Source: Methanobacteriota archaeon
GTDB lineage: Archaea; Thermoplasmatota; Poseidoniia; Poseidoniales; Thalassarchaeaceae
Direction: 5' to 3'
Assembly: GCA_002731195.1 (NCBI GenBank)
Contig: PCAI01000015.1
Span: 7,114 to 58,162 of the forward strand
Length of the DNA stretch: 51,049 nucleotides
Below the pieces are notes generated by a model, which was not told the origin of the DNA, searched no databases, and saw only the letters and a program-made list of their open reading frames with translations. Position numbers and translations under genes: made by a program. Positions 26,480 to 35,738 of the stretch are shown here, piece after piece; within the stretch, counting starts at the first letter, position 1; every line of letters starts with the position of its first letter.

Positions 26480-28136
26480 AAAAGGATTATCTCTGAAAGA
26501 ATCTGTGTGGTCTCAACTTGATCGTAAGGCAGGCGCAATAATTGAGTTAACTATTAGGCAACTAAGGCATAGATTATCTACTTGGGTGGTTTTAGGAGTC
26601 GGTGTACTAATAATGCTTCTTTTACTTGCTTTTTATGTAGATTCAGTAAGAGACGGTTTCGAATCAATAGATAATGATGGGGACTCTGTTGATGAAGATG
26701 AAGACGGTTATCCACTTGGCCAAGAAATTAAGTACGGACATAGTGATTTCGACTCTAGCCAATATCCGGGAGTGGGAAAATATATTCCCATTGGAGAAAT
26801 CGATGATAATGATCTTTTGAGAAATACTTCAGGAAATTACTCTTGGTTTGGTCAAGGTATACTTGACCCTGTTTGGATAAATATGAATTACACAGGTAAT
26901 GAGTGGGATCCAATAATAAATTGGCAAGACGAAATAAACACTTGTCCAGAAGGCGAAGCGTTTACTGATTGGGTCCTTGTTGAATATGGTTCTGCATGTG
27001 TTTATGGTAATGGAGAATATGTATTCAAGGGCGAATTTCAAGCTTCTGGTTCCGTAGAAGTACCTATGGACTACTACCTAGCATGGGGCATTTATACTGA
27101 TTCATTCTATGTAGAGCCGGATCCTATATCGATGTATATCGATGAAGATGATATCAATTGGGATGATATTTTATTACAATCAAGTCAGGGTTTTGATGAT
27201 GATGGAGACTGTACCAGGGAAAATTGGTCTGAAGATTCTAACTGGATTTATGTAGATGATGAGGGAGAAGAATTTGATAATGATAAGAATGGTAATGGAA
27301 TTATTTGTGATGTCCAATGGATCTTAGATGGCGATGGAAATGTCATTGAAATAAATAAAGATTCTAATGTAGACGAAGATCCTATTGATGAGAAATTTAT
27401 GGGCGAATCTAGTCATAGAACCTTTATAATTGGAGTGGGAAAGATGGCTTTTGTCATATTACTTGGTTTGTTTCTTCCTCTCTTCCTATCTCTTGGATTA
27501 ATTAGAGATGAAACTGAGAATGGAACTTTACACTATTTGTTGTCAAAACCTATTCATCGAGGAGAATTCATCATCTACAGATTACTTGGATATCTCTCAG
27601 TGACTGGAACTTACATATTATTCCTATCATTATTTATGGGATTATTTTCTTCATTATTGGGTCCAGGAGAAAGCATAATTAGATTATCAGACATGCCAAT
27701 TTGGCTAGGTATCGGATTTGCCACTATTCTAGTTTTATGCGCGTATGGTGCATTATTCAATACTTTAGCACTTATCTCGCCGAAATACGGAATATATGTC
27801 TGTATTTCCATCGGCGTTTGGGAATTTGTAATGGGAATATTGACTATAGCAAATCCAAATTGGACAATATCGGCTATTTCAATAAATCATTGGGCACTTC
27901 AAATCATCGACTCGATTGTTTTAATTGCATGGCCAGATACACTTCAATTACAACAAATGTCATTGGCATTCAATTTAGAAACTGGCCTTGATATATTTTG
28001 GAAACCACCTGCACACACTCTTGGTACTTCTAATCCATTAGTATCAATTTTTATTAGTATTATTATGTTATCTTTATTTACCGTTTCTATGTTAGGAATA
28101 GGTCAGTCAATATTCAAAAATAGAGAAATCATGTGA
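26472..28136 (+). CDS. ABC-2 family permease with about 260-aa acidic extracytoplasmic domain, second of two
   Basis: One N-terminal TM, then an acidic domain with DNDGDSVDEDEDGYP, DDDGDC and DGDGN motifs. The membrane domain follows, carrying IRDETENGTLHYLLSKPIHR. 8-nt overlap with ATPase 2. Confidence 0.75.
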   Translation: MDKKGLSLKESVWSQLDRKAGAIIELTIRQLRHRLSTWVVLGVGVLIMLLLLAFYVDSVRDGFESIDNDGDSVDEDEDGYPLGQEIKYGHSDFDSSQYPGVGKYIPIGEIDDNDLLRNTSGNYSWFGQGILDPVWINMNYTGNEWDPIINWQDEINTCPEGEAFTDWVLVEYGSACVYGNGEYVFKGEFQASGSVEVPMDYYLAWGIYTDSFYVEPDPISMYIDEDDINWDDILLQSSQGFDDDGDCTRENWSEDSNWIYVDDEGEEFDNDKNGNGIICDVQWILDGDGNVIEINKDSNVDEDPIDEKFMGESSHRTFIIGVGKMAFVILLGLFLPLFLSLGLIRDETENGTLHYLLSKPIHRGEFIIYRLLGYLSVTGTYILFLSLFMGLFSSLLGPGESIIRLSDMPIWLGIGFATILVLCAYGALFNTLALISPKYGIYVCISIGVWEFVMGILTIANPNWTISAISINHWALQIIDSIVLIAWPDTLQLQQMSLAFNLETGLDIFWKPPAHTLGTSNPLVSIFISIIMLSLFTVSMLGIGQSIFKNREIM

Positions 28137-28145
28137 GGCCTAGAA

Positions 28146-29336
28146 ATGATTAACGGAATGGAAAAATTTGAGGGAGACTTCACTTCTTTATGGAGACTCG
28201 ATGTTTTGCCACCAATACCGCGACTCTCATGGTGGTGGTGGTGGGTGATAATATACGTTCCAGACATAACCAATCCTGGACGTTCTAAGCAACTTATGAC
28301 GCTATGGTCCACCAAGGAAACGCCAGCAATTAGAATGACAGGGCATTGGTGGATGCCGGGTTCTAGAATGCATATAGACAAAGAAGGTGGCCTAGTTTTC
28401 CCTGGCATGGTTTGTTCTTGGTGGTTTGATGGTGAGAAAATGTTTGAACCATTGGTAATGAAAGAATGTAGGATGGCAGCAATTAATGATCAACATTCAT
28501 TATGGCCAAGAAATGGTTCAGGAGAAGGAGCAGGTGCAGTAATCCCATTACTCCAAGAAGACATGTCGTTTGGAATGAATCCTGGAAATAACAAATTTTG
28601 GATGAATCTTGTTTCTGATAAAGAAGCTGTTAAACGCGGTGCTCCTTCAAATTTCAAGGCAGAACTTACTCCTTGGTCCGGGCCACCAAGCACTCTTACT
28701 TACAAAAATAATGTCATGGCAATGAATATGGGTTATGATATCTTGAGGCTTCAAGGAACTAAATGTAAACTAAATGTCGACGGAGAAGAAATGCAAGGAA
28801 CTGCGTATTTCCAGAAAGTTTCGGTTCAAGCCCCCACTGTCCCATGGTTTTGGGGTATGTTGCATTTCGATGATGGATCTTACCTAGATTGGTTTTTACC
28901 TCATGTTTCCTTTTCTACTTCATCTTTAGATTCATCTCCTTGGAGATTGAGGGATGCATTTCGTACTCCCTCTAATGGCACTGGTATTTTCCATGATGCC
29001 AAAAGGAAAAGGTCTGAAAAATTTGTTCGTTGTGAAGTCGAATTATCAAAATCAAATACCAATTTGAAAGATAATGATGGAAATCTTTTACCAAGATTCA
29101 AAATCAGACTTTGGAATGGGCGAACTCAAATATCGATTGAAGTAAAGGCCGTTAGTAGGGCCAAATGGGTTTTTGATCAACCTACTAGGGCAGGAATGGT
29201 CAGCCATCTTACATACAACGAATATCCTCTAGAAGTCGAAAGAATAGCCATTTTAGATGAAAATGGCCTACGTTCTATTAATGATTATTCATGGATTCAT
29301 GGAAATGCAGAGCATACTTGGGGGTTTTTACATTAA
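28146..29336 (+). CDS. Tryptophan-rich hypothetical protein, possibly tocopherol-cyclase / CrtC-AttH-like beta fold
   Basis: 396 aa, starting 9 nt after permease 2. KFEGDF....SWWWWWVIIYVPD loosely resembles the FEGWYF...F.FMYSVENP start of tocopherol cyclase. GNAEHTWG near the C-terminus resembles the D/EH.WG end motif of CrtC/AttH-like proteins. The family call is weak. Confidence 0.5.
   Translation: MINGMEKFEGDFTSLWRLDVLPPIPRLSWWWWWVIIYVPDITNPGRSKQLMTLWSTKETPAIRMTGHWWMPGSRMHIDKEGGLVFPGMVCSWWFDGEKMFEPLVMKECRMAAINDQHSLWPRNGSGEGAGAVIPLLQEDMSFGMNPGNNKFWMNLVSDKEAVKRGAPSNFKAELTPWSGPPSTLTYKNNVMAMNMGYDILRLQGTKCKLNVDGEEMQGTAYFQKVSVQAPTVPWFWGMLHFDDGSYLDWFLPHVSFSTSSLDSSPWRLRDAFRTPSNGTGIFHDAKRKRSEKFVRCEVELSKSNTNLKDNDGNLLPRFKIRLWNGRTQISIEVKAVSRAKWVFDQPTRAGMVSHLTYNEYPLEVERIAILDENGLRSINDYSWIHGNAEHTWGFLH
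28230..28244 (+). repeat. (TGG)5 in-frame run encoding five consecutive tryptophans
   Basis: The sequence reads tca tgg tgg tgg tgg tgg gtg, in frame (codons 29-33 of the 28146 CDS). Confidence 0.95.
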
Positions 29337-29402
29337 TTTTCATAATATTTGTATTGTCACACCCATATATTCAGTAAGTATTACACTATCGGGAAGTTGA
29401 AA

Positions 29403-30362
29403 ATGATGTCAGACTACATTCAAGATTTCAAATCAAAAATTGATCCAGATACAGTAAAATCTGTATTTCCTGAGATTACAGACTCTGAGACTCCTGTTTG
29501 GCAAGGTTCGCCCTCTTTCTTCTCAATGGCAGATAAATATATTTTGGCAATAATTATTTTTACAACCCACTCAGTTTTCTTCGCTGCAGAACAATTTAAC
29601 TCTCCTGAAGGTGATGGGCAAATGTATTTTATACTGTCTTTAGTAAGATCTTTAATCGATATTTCTGGCACTATGGGTTTTGTATTTGTGATGCTAATCA
29701 TCGCAAAAATAAATCATTATGCAAACTTTTCTACATCTGGGAAATGGACAACCTCTTGGATCATAATTTCTGCCTTGATTCCTCTTATCTGGTATGCTGC
29801 AGATATCTTATCTACCCTTTCTGGTTTAGTTGGTTCTGATTTTGAAAACCCACTCCCTGATTGGAATTATTTTTGGTTTTTACCTTTGGGATTATTCTCA
29901 AGTCTAGTCATGGCTTCACTCACATTTCTATATCAACACGCATTTCACTATGCAATTACTGACAAAAGAATACATATACGTAAGAGTTTCTTATTCATTG
30001 ATACTAGTGTCCACGGAATCTCTTTTGATAAAATAGAAAATTTAAAAGCAAACCCTCCAATTATTGGTAGAATTTTAGGCTATGGCAATGTCCATATTTT
30101 GACTGCATCAGGACTTGGAATTCAACAAGAATCTCTTGATACGGGAATAGGGATACCTGAAGAATTAACCTCATCTAAGGCCAAAAAAACACCTCTATCA
30201 GTTTTTGCATGGGTGTCAAAACAACGTCGTAGGTCGTCAGTCGCACAAGATCCTTCGGATTGCTTGTATGGCATCAAGAGCCCAATGAAAATATATCGTT
30301 TAATTAATGAATTGATGGATACAAATAGTAATTCATCTGGAAATAATTCCGATTTAATTTAA
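29403..30362 (+). CDS. Membrane protein with bacterial PH domain (bPH_2, YdbS/YdbT-like)
   Basis: Several TM segments, followed by YAITDKRIHIRKSFLFIDTSVHGISFDKIENLKANPPIIGRILGYGNVHI, which matches the bPH_2 pattern. The ATG at 29403 is preferred over the ORF start at 29349. Confidence 0.65.
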   Translation: MMSDYIQDFKSKIDPDTVKSVFPEITDSETPVWQGSPSFFSMADKYILAIIIFTTHSVFFAAEQFNSPEGDGQMYFILSLVRSLIDISGTMGFVFVMLIIAKINHYANFSTSGKWTTSWIIISALIPLIWYAADILSTLSGLVGSDFENPLPDWNYFWFLPLGLFSSLVMASLTFLYQHAFHYAITDKRIHIRKSFLFIDTSVHGISFDKIENLKANPPIIGRILGYGNVHILTASGLGIQQESLDTGIGIPEELTSSKAKKTPLSVFAWVSKQRRRSSVAQDPSDCLYGIKSPMKIYRLINELMDTNSNSSGNNSDLI

Positions 30363-30412
30363 ATAAACAAACGTATCTTTCATAACCTCATGGCTTCTGA
30401 CGAGTCCCGTAG

Positions 30413-30970
30413 GTGACTAAAATGTCCGAAGACGATATCTTAACTAACGCAGCACAAAGTATTACATCAGGAAATTTTATGGGGGCAATGGAGATTTTTG
30501 AATCTTTTATTTCTGCAAATCCTAATGACCCAGCAGGTTATCATGGTTGGGCTGAAGCAGCAATGTTTGAAATCCAAGAAAACGGCAACATGGACGACAA
30601 AGGAAATGACATAATTAATGAAGGAAAAATACAATCTTATCTCAGAAAAGCCGCAGGATTGGATTCAGACAACGCTGAATATTTAGCATCTTATGCTAAT
30701 GCTCTGATCGAATTCGATAGAGTTCCGATGGCAATCAGAGAATTTCAGAAACTAAGGGCTTTAGGAGAGAAATCAGAAGAAGTGGATGTTTCCTTTCATC
30801 TTTACGAGGCCGCTAGGATGTTAATCGATTCAATAAATCTGAAGACAAATTTTGATAGGAGTGAGAAATTTGCACAACAATACACGCCTATAGCAATAGA
30901 ATTTGCTATTGTTGGCCTAGGTTTCTCTTCAGTAGAAGAAGCCATGGAATATATGGCAACCGAGGAATAA
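30413..30970 (+). CDS. TPR-like repeat protein
   Basis: The helical-repeat pattern (GNFMGAMEIFESFISANPNDPAGYHGWAEA; AEYLASYANALIEFDRVPMAIREFQK) is typical of tetratricopeptide repeats. GTG at 30413; the first ATG is at 30422. Confidence 0.5.
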   Translation: MTKMSEDDILTNAAQSITSGNFMGAMEIFESFISANPNDPAGYHGWAEAAMFEIQENGNMDDKGNDIINEGKIQSYLRKAAGLDSDNAEYLASYANALIEFDRVPMAIREFQKLRALGEKSEEVDVSFHLYEAARMLIDSINLKTNFDRSEKFAQQYTPIAIEFAIVGLGFSSVEEAMEYMATEE

Positions 30971-30984
30971 GGGAGGAAATTAAC

Positions 30985-31863
30985 TTGCCTAGCGGCAGGG
31001 TGATAGTTGCTTTTGGATACCATGGTGATTGTTTCCATGGTTCTCAAATACAACCAGATATAAGGACTGTAGAAGGATCTCTTCAAAAAGCATTGAAGAA
31101 ATTAACTTGGTGGTCTGAAGGCTGTTTGGAGATTTGTAGTAGGACGGATGCTGGCGTAAGTGTGCGTATGAATTTAGCATGCATTACACTGCCCAAGTCA
31201 TTAATTAAGCAAGTACCTCCCAAATCTATGTTAAGGGCAATAAATGATAATCTCCCTACTGGTATGGTGATGTGGCATGTCCAAGAAGTACCTCTCAATA
31301 CAAGGTCCAGAAAGGCTAATTATAGACACTATTTATATCGACTAGAAGCAGTAGATGATTGGCCATATTTTCCAGAAAAAAACCTCATTGAAGAAGCATG
31401 TTCTGCTATACAAGGTAGGCATGATTTTACTAATTTATGTAAGATTGAAGGGGACATAAATCCTATTAGAATTATAGACGAATGTTCTCCATGGGTGGAT
31501 TCTTCAGGTAAGATTATCGGAATATCAGTAAAAGCAAGAGCTTTTTTATGGAATCAAGTAAGAAGAATAGCTTCTGCAGTTTCAGGAGTCGTATCTGGTA
31601 GGATAACTTTAGATGATTTAATTTCTGCTCTTGAGAATCCAGATGTACCTGTTGATCTGGGTAGGGCTAACTCAGATGGGCTAATTCTCTGGTCTATTTC
31701 TCATGATGAAATAGATGGCAAGGTTAACTCTATAATCCCTGAAATAAATTTCACCAAAAGGCCGGAAGATACTCGTGAGTACGTACGATGGCTCTCTTTG
31801 ATGAGGCATGAAATGGCCGCCTTTCTTGAAAGAGAATGGTTAATACGACTCAAATTAGAGTGA
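30985..31863 (+). CDS. truA: tRNA pseudouridine synthase A (TruA/Pus1 family)
   Basis: VAFGYHGDCFHGSQIQP start and SRTDAGVSV with the catalytic Asp. TTG start. The 3' end overlaps the convergent ribK by 14 nt. Confidence 0.85.
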   Translation: MPSGRVIVAFGYHGDCFHGSQIQPDIRTVEGSLQKALKKLTWWSEGCLEICSRTDAGVSVRMNLACITLPKSLIKQVPPKSMLRAINDNLPTGMVMWHVQEVPLNTRSRKANYRHYLYRLEAVDDWPYFPEKNLIEEACSAIQGRHDFTNLCKIEGDINPIRIIDECSPWVDSSGKIIGISVKARAFLWNQVRRIASAVSGVVSGRITLDDLISALENPDVPVDLGRANSDGLILWSISHDEIDGKVNSIIPEINFTKRPEDTREYVRWLSLMRHEMAAFLEREWLIRLKLE

Positions 31864-32284
31864 TGAAAACTAAATCCCCATTATTACATGGCATTATTTC
31901 CCGTAAAAATGATTTAGATATTATTTCTGCAGTTTTTACATGTCTTGTCAGATCCGGGATTAGTATAGCACATTCTATCCAGTTCTTCTCGTCTTTCGAG
32001 ATTTTCGCCTTGAATGCTGTCGCACCTCCAAATGATTTACCTTCTCTTTCAAAACCTTGAATTCTCAAAGCTTTATCGGAATCAGATACTTTTCCTTCAT
32101 CCAACCCAGAAATTATTCTTAATCTATTATAATTATTAATACAACTTTCGACCAAGTCTACATTCAATGTACCTGGCCATGCACTACTCTCTAATATTCT
32201 CTTGAATTGGTCCTGATAATGCTTTTGCGCCATAAAAATATGTGCACGTCCTAGGCCACTAGATACCGCGCCTTGCAGTTTCAT
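31850..32284 (-). CDS. ribK: CTP-dependent riboflavin kinase (archaeal RibK)
   Basis: G.VSSGLGRAHIFM....YQDQF..IL....WPGTLNV matches the archaeal riboflavin kinase (DUF120) signature. Confidence 0.8.
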   Translation of the reverse strand: MKLQGAVSSGLGRAHIFMAQKHYQDQFKRILESSAWPGTLNVDLVESCINNYNRLRIISGLDEGKVSDSDKALRIQGFEREGKSFGGATAFKAKISKDEKNWIECAILIPDLTRHVKTAEIISKSFLREIMPCNNGDLVFITLI

Positions 32285-32328
32285 ATACCTGTCCAGAAAA
32301 CCACGTTCTTAAGGTTCGGCATTTCTTA

Positions 32329-33207
32329 CTAAAGAGTAAATACTTGCCCATCCTTTGCTATCTGCCATTCTAAAACTTCTACTATTTGACATTCTTTTGA
32401 ATATATGTCTGTCACCGGGTTAGTATGATTTAGGTGGAAAAACAGTATTTCAGGATCGTTAATATTTTTTTTCCCTAACATCTCTATGGTCTTAGATATA
32501 GGAGGATGAGGGACTTTTAACATATCCCTATCTATCAATTCTTGAGAATCCCAAAACGTTCCATCTATCAAAGCATAGTTGATTTGCATATCAGTAAACC
32601 ATTGCCTAATTGTTTCTTTCTTATATTCACTCAAAGTTTCTTCCCAACTATCGTGATCTGGTAAAAATAATAGTGTTTTATTCGGCCCATGTATCAATAT
32701 AGCATGAGTATCTGCTTCTTCATCTCTATGTGGTACTTTGATAAATTCTAATTCAAAACCACATGTATAACTTGGCGAAAATGCCCTTCCACTTTTTACT
32801 ACATTACATCTAAAAGCAGATACAACATTCCTATTCTCTAATACTTCTATGGTTTTTTTGCTGGCAAATAGTGGTAAATCTTTGGAATTCATTACTTCTT
32901 TTCCAAATTGACCTAAACCATCTACGTGCCCTAAGTGTACATGTGTTATGGAAACCGTTTCTGGTTTCTCTATATTCTCCAAATTCATTTTTTCTGACCA
33001 TAGTTTTAGTTGTTCAGATAGGTTCCTTCCTGCTTCTATTAAGTGAAAGCTCCCATCAACACCTTTTATTCCACAGCATACTGGATTTCTTTTTAATTTG
33101 TAATTCTCATGAGCTGCGGTACAATTTTTACAAGAACAACCAGCTTGTGGAATTCCTCCATCCTGTGCAGTTCCGAGAATCACTACTTCTACTCCTTCTC
33201 TGGACAT
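32329..33207 (-). CDS. Metallo-beta-lactamase fold protein, PqqB/PhnP-like
   Basis: VVILGTAQDGGIPQAGCSCKNC resembles the PqqB N-terminus (LGSAAGGG.PQWNC.C.NC). Also the ITHVHLGHVDGL metal motif. The ATG at 33205-33207 is used; the ORF extends to 33315. Confidence 0.6.
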   Translation of the reverse strand: MSREGVEVVILGTAQDGGIPQAGCSCKNCTAAHENYKLKRNPVCCGIKGVDGSFHLIEAGRNLSEQLKLWSEKMNLENIEKPETVSITHVHLGHVDGLGQFGKEVMNSKDLPLFASKKTIEVLENRNVVSAFRCNVVKSGRAFSPSYTCGFELEFIKVPHRDEEADTHAILIHGPNKTLLFLPDHDSWEETLSEYKKETIRQWFTDMQINYALIDGTFWDSQELIDRDMLKVPHPPISKTIEMLGKKNINDPEILFFHLNHTNPVTDIYSKECQIVEVLEWQIAKDGQVFTL

Positions 33208-33301
33208 ATTGATTGCAAAAACAATTACAGAATTAAGTATATGTATTATTTTTGTTAAAATTATCCGATGTATCAATGAACCATGTCCCTTGGTGGGATG
33301 C

Positions 33302-34480
33302 ATGGCAGCCGACATGTCGTGGATGCGCGAAAGATATGAGTACCTTCAATCACAAGGTTTAGACTGGAATCCTCCAACATTAGAATCAGCCAGTGAACCT
33401 AGGTGTATCATGGATGGAAAAGAGATAATAATGCTGTCCGCTAACAATTATCTCAATCTTACTACTCACCCCAAAGTTGTTCAAGCCTCGATTGAAGCCA
33501 CAATGAAGTACGGTGCGGGATCGGGTTCTGTTAGAGCCATTGCAGGGACATTGGATCTTCATCTACAGGCAGAAAAGGTATGTGCCGAATTTAAAGAAGT
33601 TGAAGCAGCATTAATTTATTCTGCAGGTTACACCGTTAATGTAGGGCTAATACCTACTCTTGTAAATGGATCTAATGATCTCATAATTTCAGATGAATTG
33701 AATCATGGTTCAATAATTGATGGAGTTAGATTGACTAAAGCTTCCAGAGCAGTATATTCACACAATGATATGGGTGAACTTGAAAATATACTCAATAATA
33801 ACAAAAATTCTGAGAGAAAATTAATCATAACTGATGGCGTTTTTAGTATGGATGGCGATATCGCACCTCTTGACGAAATAACCAAACTTGGAGAAGAACA
33901 TGATGCTATGATATTTGTTGACGATTGTCACGGTGAAGGAGTTCTTGGAGGAGGAAAAGGCATTGTCTCACACTTCGGATTACAAGGTAGAGTAAATTTT
34001 GAAGTCGGCTCATATTCTAAGGCGTTAGGTGTACAAGGAGGAATTTTGGCAGGTAGTGAAGAAGTCAGAAGACACGCCCTTAATCATAGTCGTTCTTGGC
34101 TCCTATCGGGCAGTCAACCACCTGCAGTAGCAGCGGCGCAAAAAGCATCCATAGAAGTTCTCATGACCGAACCTGAGCATGTTCAGAAACTGTGGGATAA
34201 TACTAATTATTTCAGAAAAAAACTTCAATCTCTCGGCTTTGATACTGGGGCTAGTGAAACTCCAATCATTCCTGTGATGTGCGGAGAAAGTAAGAAAGCT
34301 CAAGAAATGTCTAGAGAACTGCGAAATGAAGGAGTAATGGTTGGCGCTATTGTTTTCCCAATGGTCGCTGCAGATAAAGCAAGAGTTCGGGCACAAATGT
34401 CCGCTGGACTAAACCGTGAAGATATTGATTTAGTATTATCGGCATTTGAGAATTGTGGTAAAAAAATAGGGCTAATATAG
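33302..34480 (+). CDS. kbl: Glycine C-acetyltransferase / 8-amino-7-oxononanoate synthase family PLP enzyme (Kbl-like)
   Basis: SANNYLNL, GSGSVR.I.GT, ISDELNHGSIIDG, FVDDCHGEG, and the SYSKALG PLP lysine. ATG at 33302; the ORF opens at TTG 33209. Confidence 0.8.
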   Translation: MAADMSWMRERYEYLQSQGLDWNPPTLESASEPRCIMDGKEIIMLSANNYLNLTTHPKVVQASIEATMKYGAGSGSVRAIAGTLDLHLQAEKVCAEFKEVEAALIYSAGYTVNVGLIPTLVNGSNDLIISDELNHGSIIDGVRLTKASRAVYSHNDMGELENILNNNKNSERKLIITDGVFSMDGDIAPLDEITKLGEEHDAMIFVDDCHGEGVLGGGKGIVSHFGLQGRVNFEVGSYSKALGVQGGILAGSEEVRRHALNHSRSWLLSGSQPPAVAAAQKASIEVLMTEPEHVQKLWDNTNYFRKKLQSLGFDTGASETPIIPVMCGESKKAQEMSRELRNEGVMVGAIVFPMVAADKARVRAQMSAGLNREDIDLVLSAFENCGKKIGLI

Positions 34481-34495
34481 TTTTTTTAACTTTTT
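34481..34495 (+). terminator. Oligo-T tracts (T7, T5) directly after the kbl-like stop codon
   Basis: Sequence tagTTTTTTTaacTTTTTaaaa. Archaeal oligo-T terminator candidate. Confidence 0.4.
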
Positions 34496-34570
34496 AAAAT
34501 TGCCAATCACATATATACATCAGCGGAGAAGTTATCACTATCTCTCTTTCAGATATGAATCTGAGATTAC

Positions 34571-35737
34571 ATGCCCGAGGAAGAGGAACTATTCACAATC
34601 ACTACTAAGCATCTCAATTCAGGTATGAGAGGGATACCAGTAGGGACATGCCAAACATCGTATGTTGATCCTCTTGAAGGTGTCCATTATGTTGGATATC
34701 CAGTTGGCGATTTAGCTAATATGGAAGAAGAAGACGTAGTTTTCCTTTTACTCAATAAGCATCTACCTACATCTGAGGAATCAATTGCGTTCCGAAAAGA
34801 ACTTACTCATAGAGCAGAAGAAATGCCAACTGGTGCATTAAGGGTCTTGGAATCTTTAACTCCTGGAAGTGGACATCCTATGGATTGGCTTTCTATAGGG
34901 ATAATGGCATTAGGAGCTGCTGAAACTACGGGAGATTCCAGAATAGACTCTATAAATTTAATAGCCAGAATGCCAGAACTAATGGCACGCATTTTCTTAC
35001 TTAGAGGCGGTAAAAAAGAATCATTACGGCCACGTAAACCGGAACTAGGTTTAGTTGAGAACTTTGTCCATATGCTTGGAATAGATGGCCCAGAGGCAGA
35101 AAAGATGACTCGTGTACTAAAATTCTTTTTCATATTACACATGGACCATGGAGGAGGCAATCTATCTACCTTCTCAGGTAAAGCAGTTGCTTCAGGAAAA
35201 GCTTCGGTTTACGCTTCTTTAGCGAGTGCCATGAATGCGTTATCAGGGCCACTACATGGTAGGGCCAACCAATCCTGTCTAGAATTTGTTCAACGAATTG
35301 GTACTTCAGATCATTCTGAAATAGAAAAATTTGTTCGTTCAGAATTAGCTGCGCGTAGGCCAATTTACGGGTTTGGGCACGGAGTGCTTAGGGCCGAAGA
35401 TCCACGTGCTAGACTTTTGATAGAGTTGGGCCAAAAAGTCTGCCCGGATGATTCAAATTTTAAAATAGCCAAAGCACTTCGGGAAATTGTTCCGGATATA
35501 TTAAAAGAAATACCAAAAATAAGTAATCCATATCCAAATGTAGACCTAGCAAGTGGTAGTTTATTACATTCAGTTGGATTTAGGAAACCAGACTATTATA
35601 CTACATTTTTTGGATGGGCCCGTGTTGCTGGAATTTGTGCACAAATAATGGATGAAAGAAATTCCCGAGATGGACGAGGGACTCCTATATATAGGCCGAA
35701 ATATATAGCCGAGAATCAGCCGAAAAAGAGACTCTAG
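34571..35737 (+). CDS. gltA: Citrate synthase
   Basis: Citrate synthase signature GFGHGVLRAEDPRA, plus HMDHGGGNLST and the C-terminal R.GR..P.YRPK. Confidence 0.95.
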   Translation: MPEEEELFTITTKHLNSGMRGIPVGTCQTSYVDPLEGVHYVGYPVGDLANMEEEDVVFLLLNKHLPTSEESIAFRKELTHRAEEMPTGALRVLESLTPGSGHPMDWLSIGIMALGAAETTGDSRIDSINLIARMPELMARIFLLRGGKKESLRPRKPELGLVENFVHMLGIDGPEAEKMTRVLKFFFILHMDHGGGNLSTFSGKAVASGKASVYASLASAMNALSGPLHGRANQSCLEFVQRIGTSDHSEIEKFVRSELAARRPIYGFGHGVLRAEDPRARLLIELGQKVCPDDSNFKIAKALREIVPDILKEIPKISNPYPNVDLASGSLLHSVGFRKPDYYTTFFGWARVAGICAQIMDERNSRDGRGTPIYRPKYIAENQPKKRL

Positions 35738-35738
35738 A

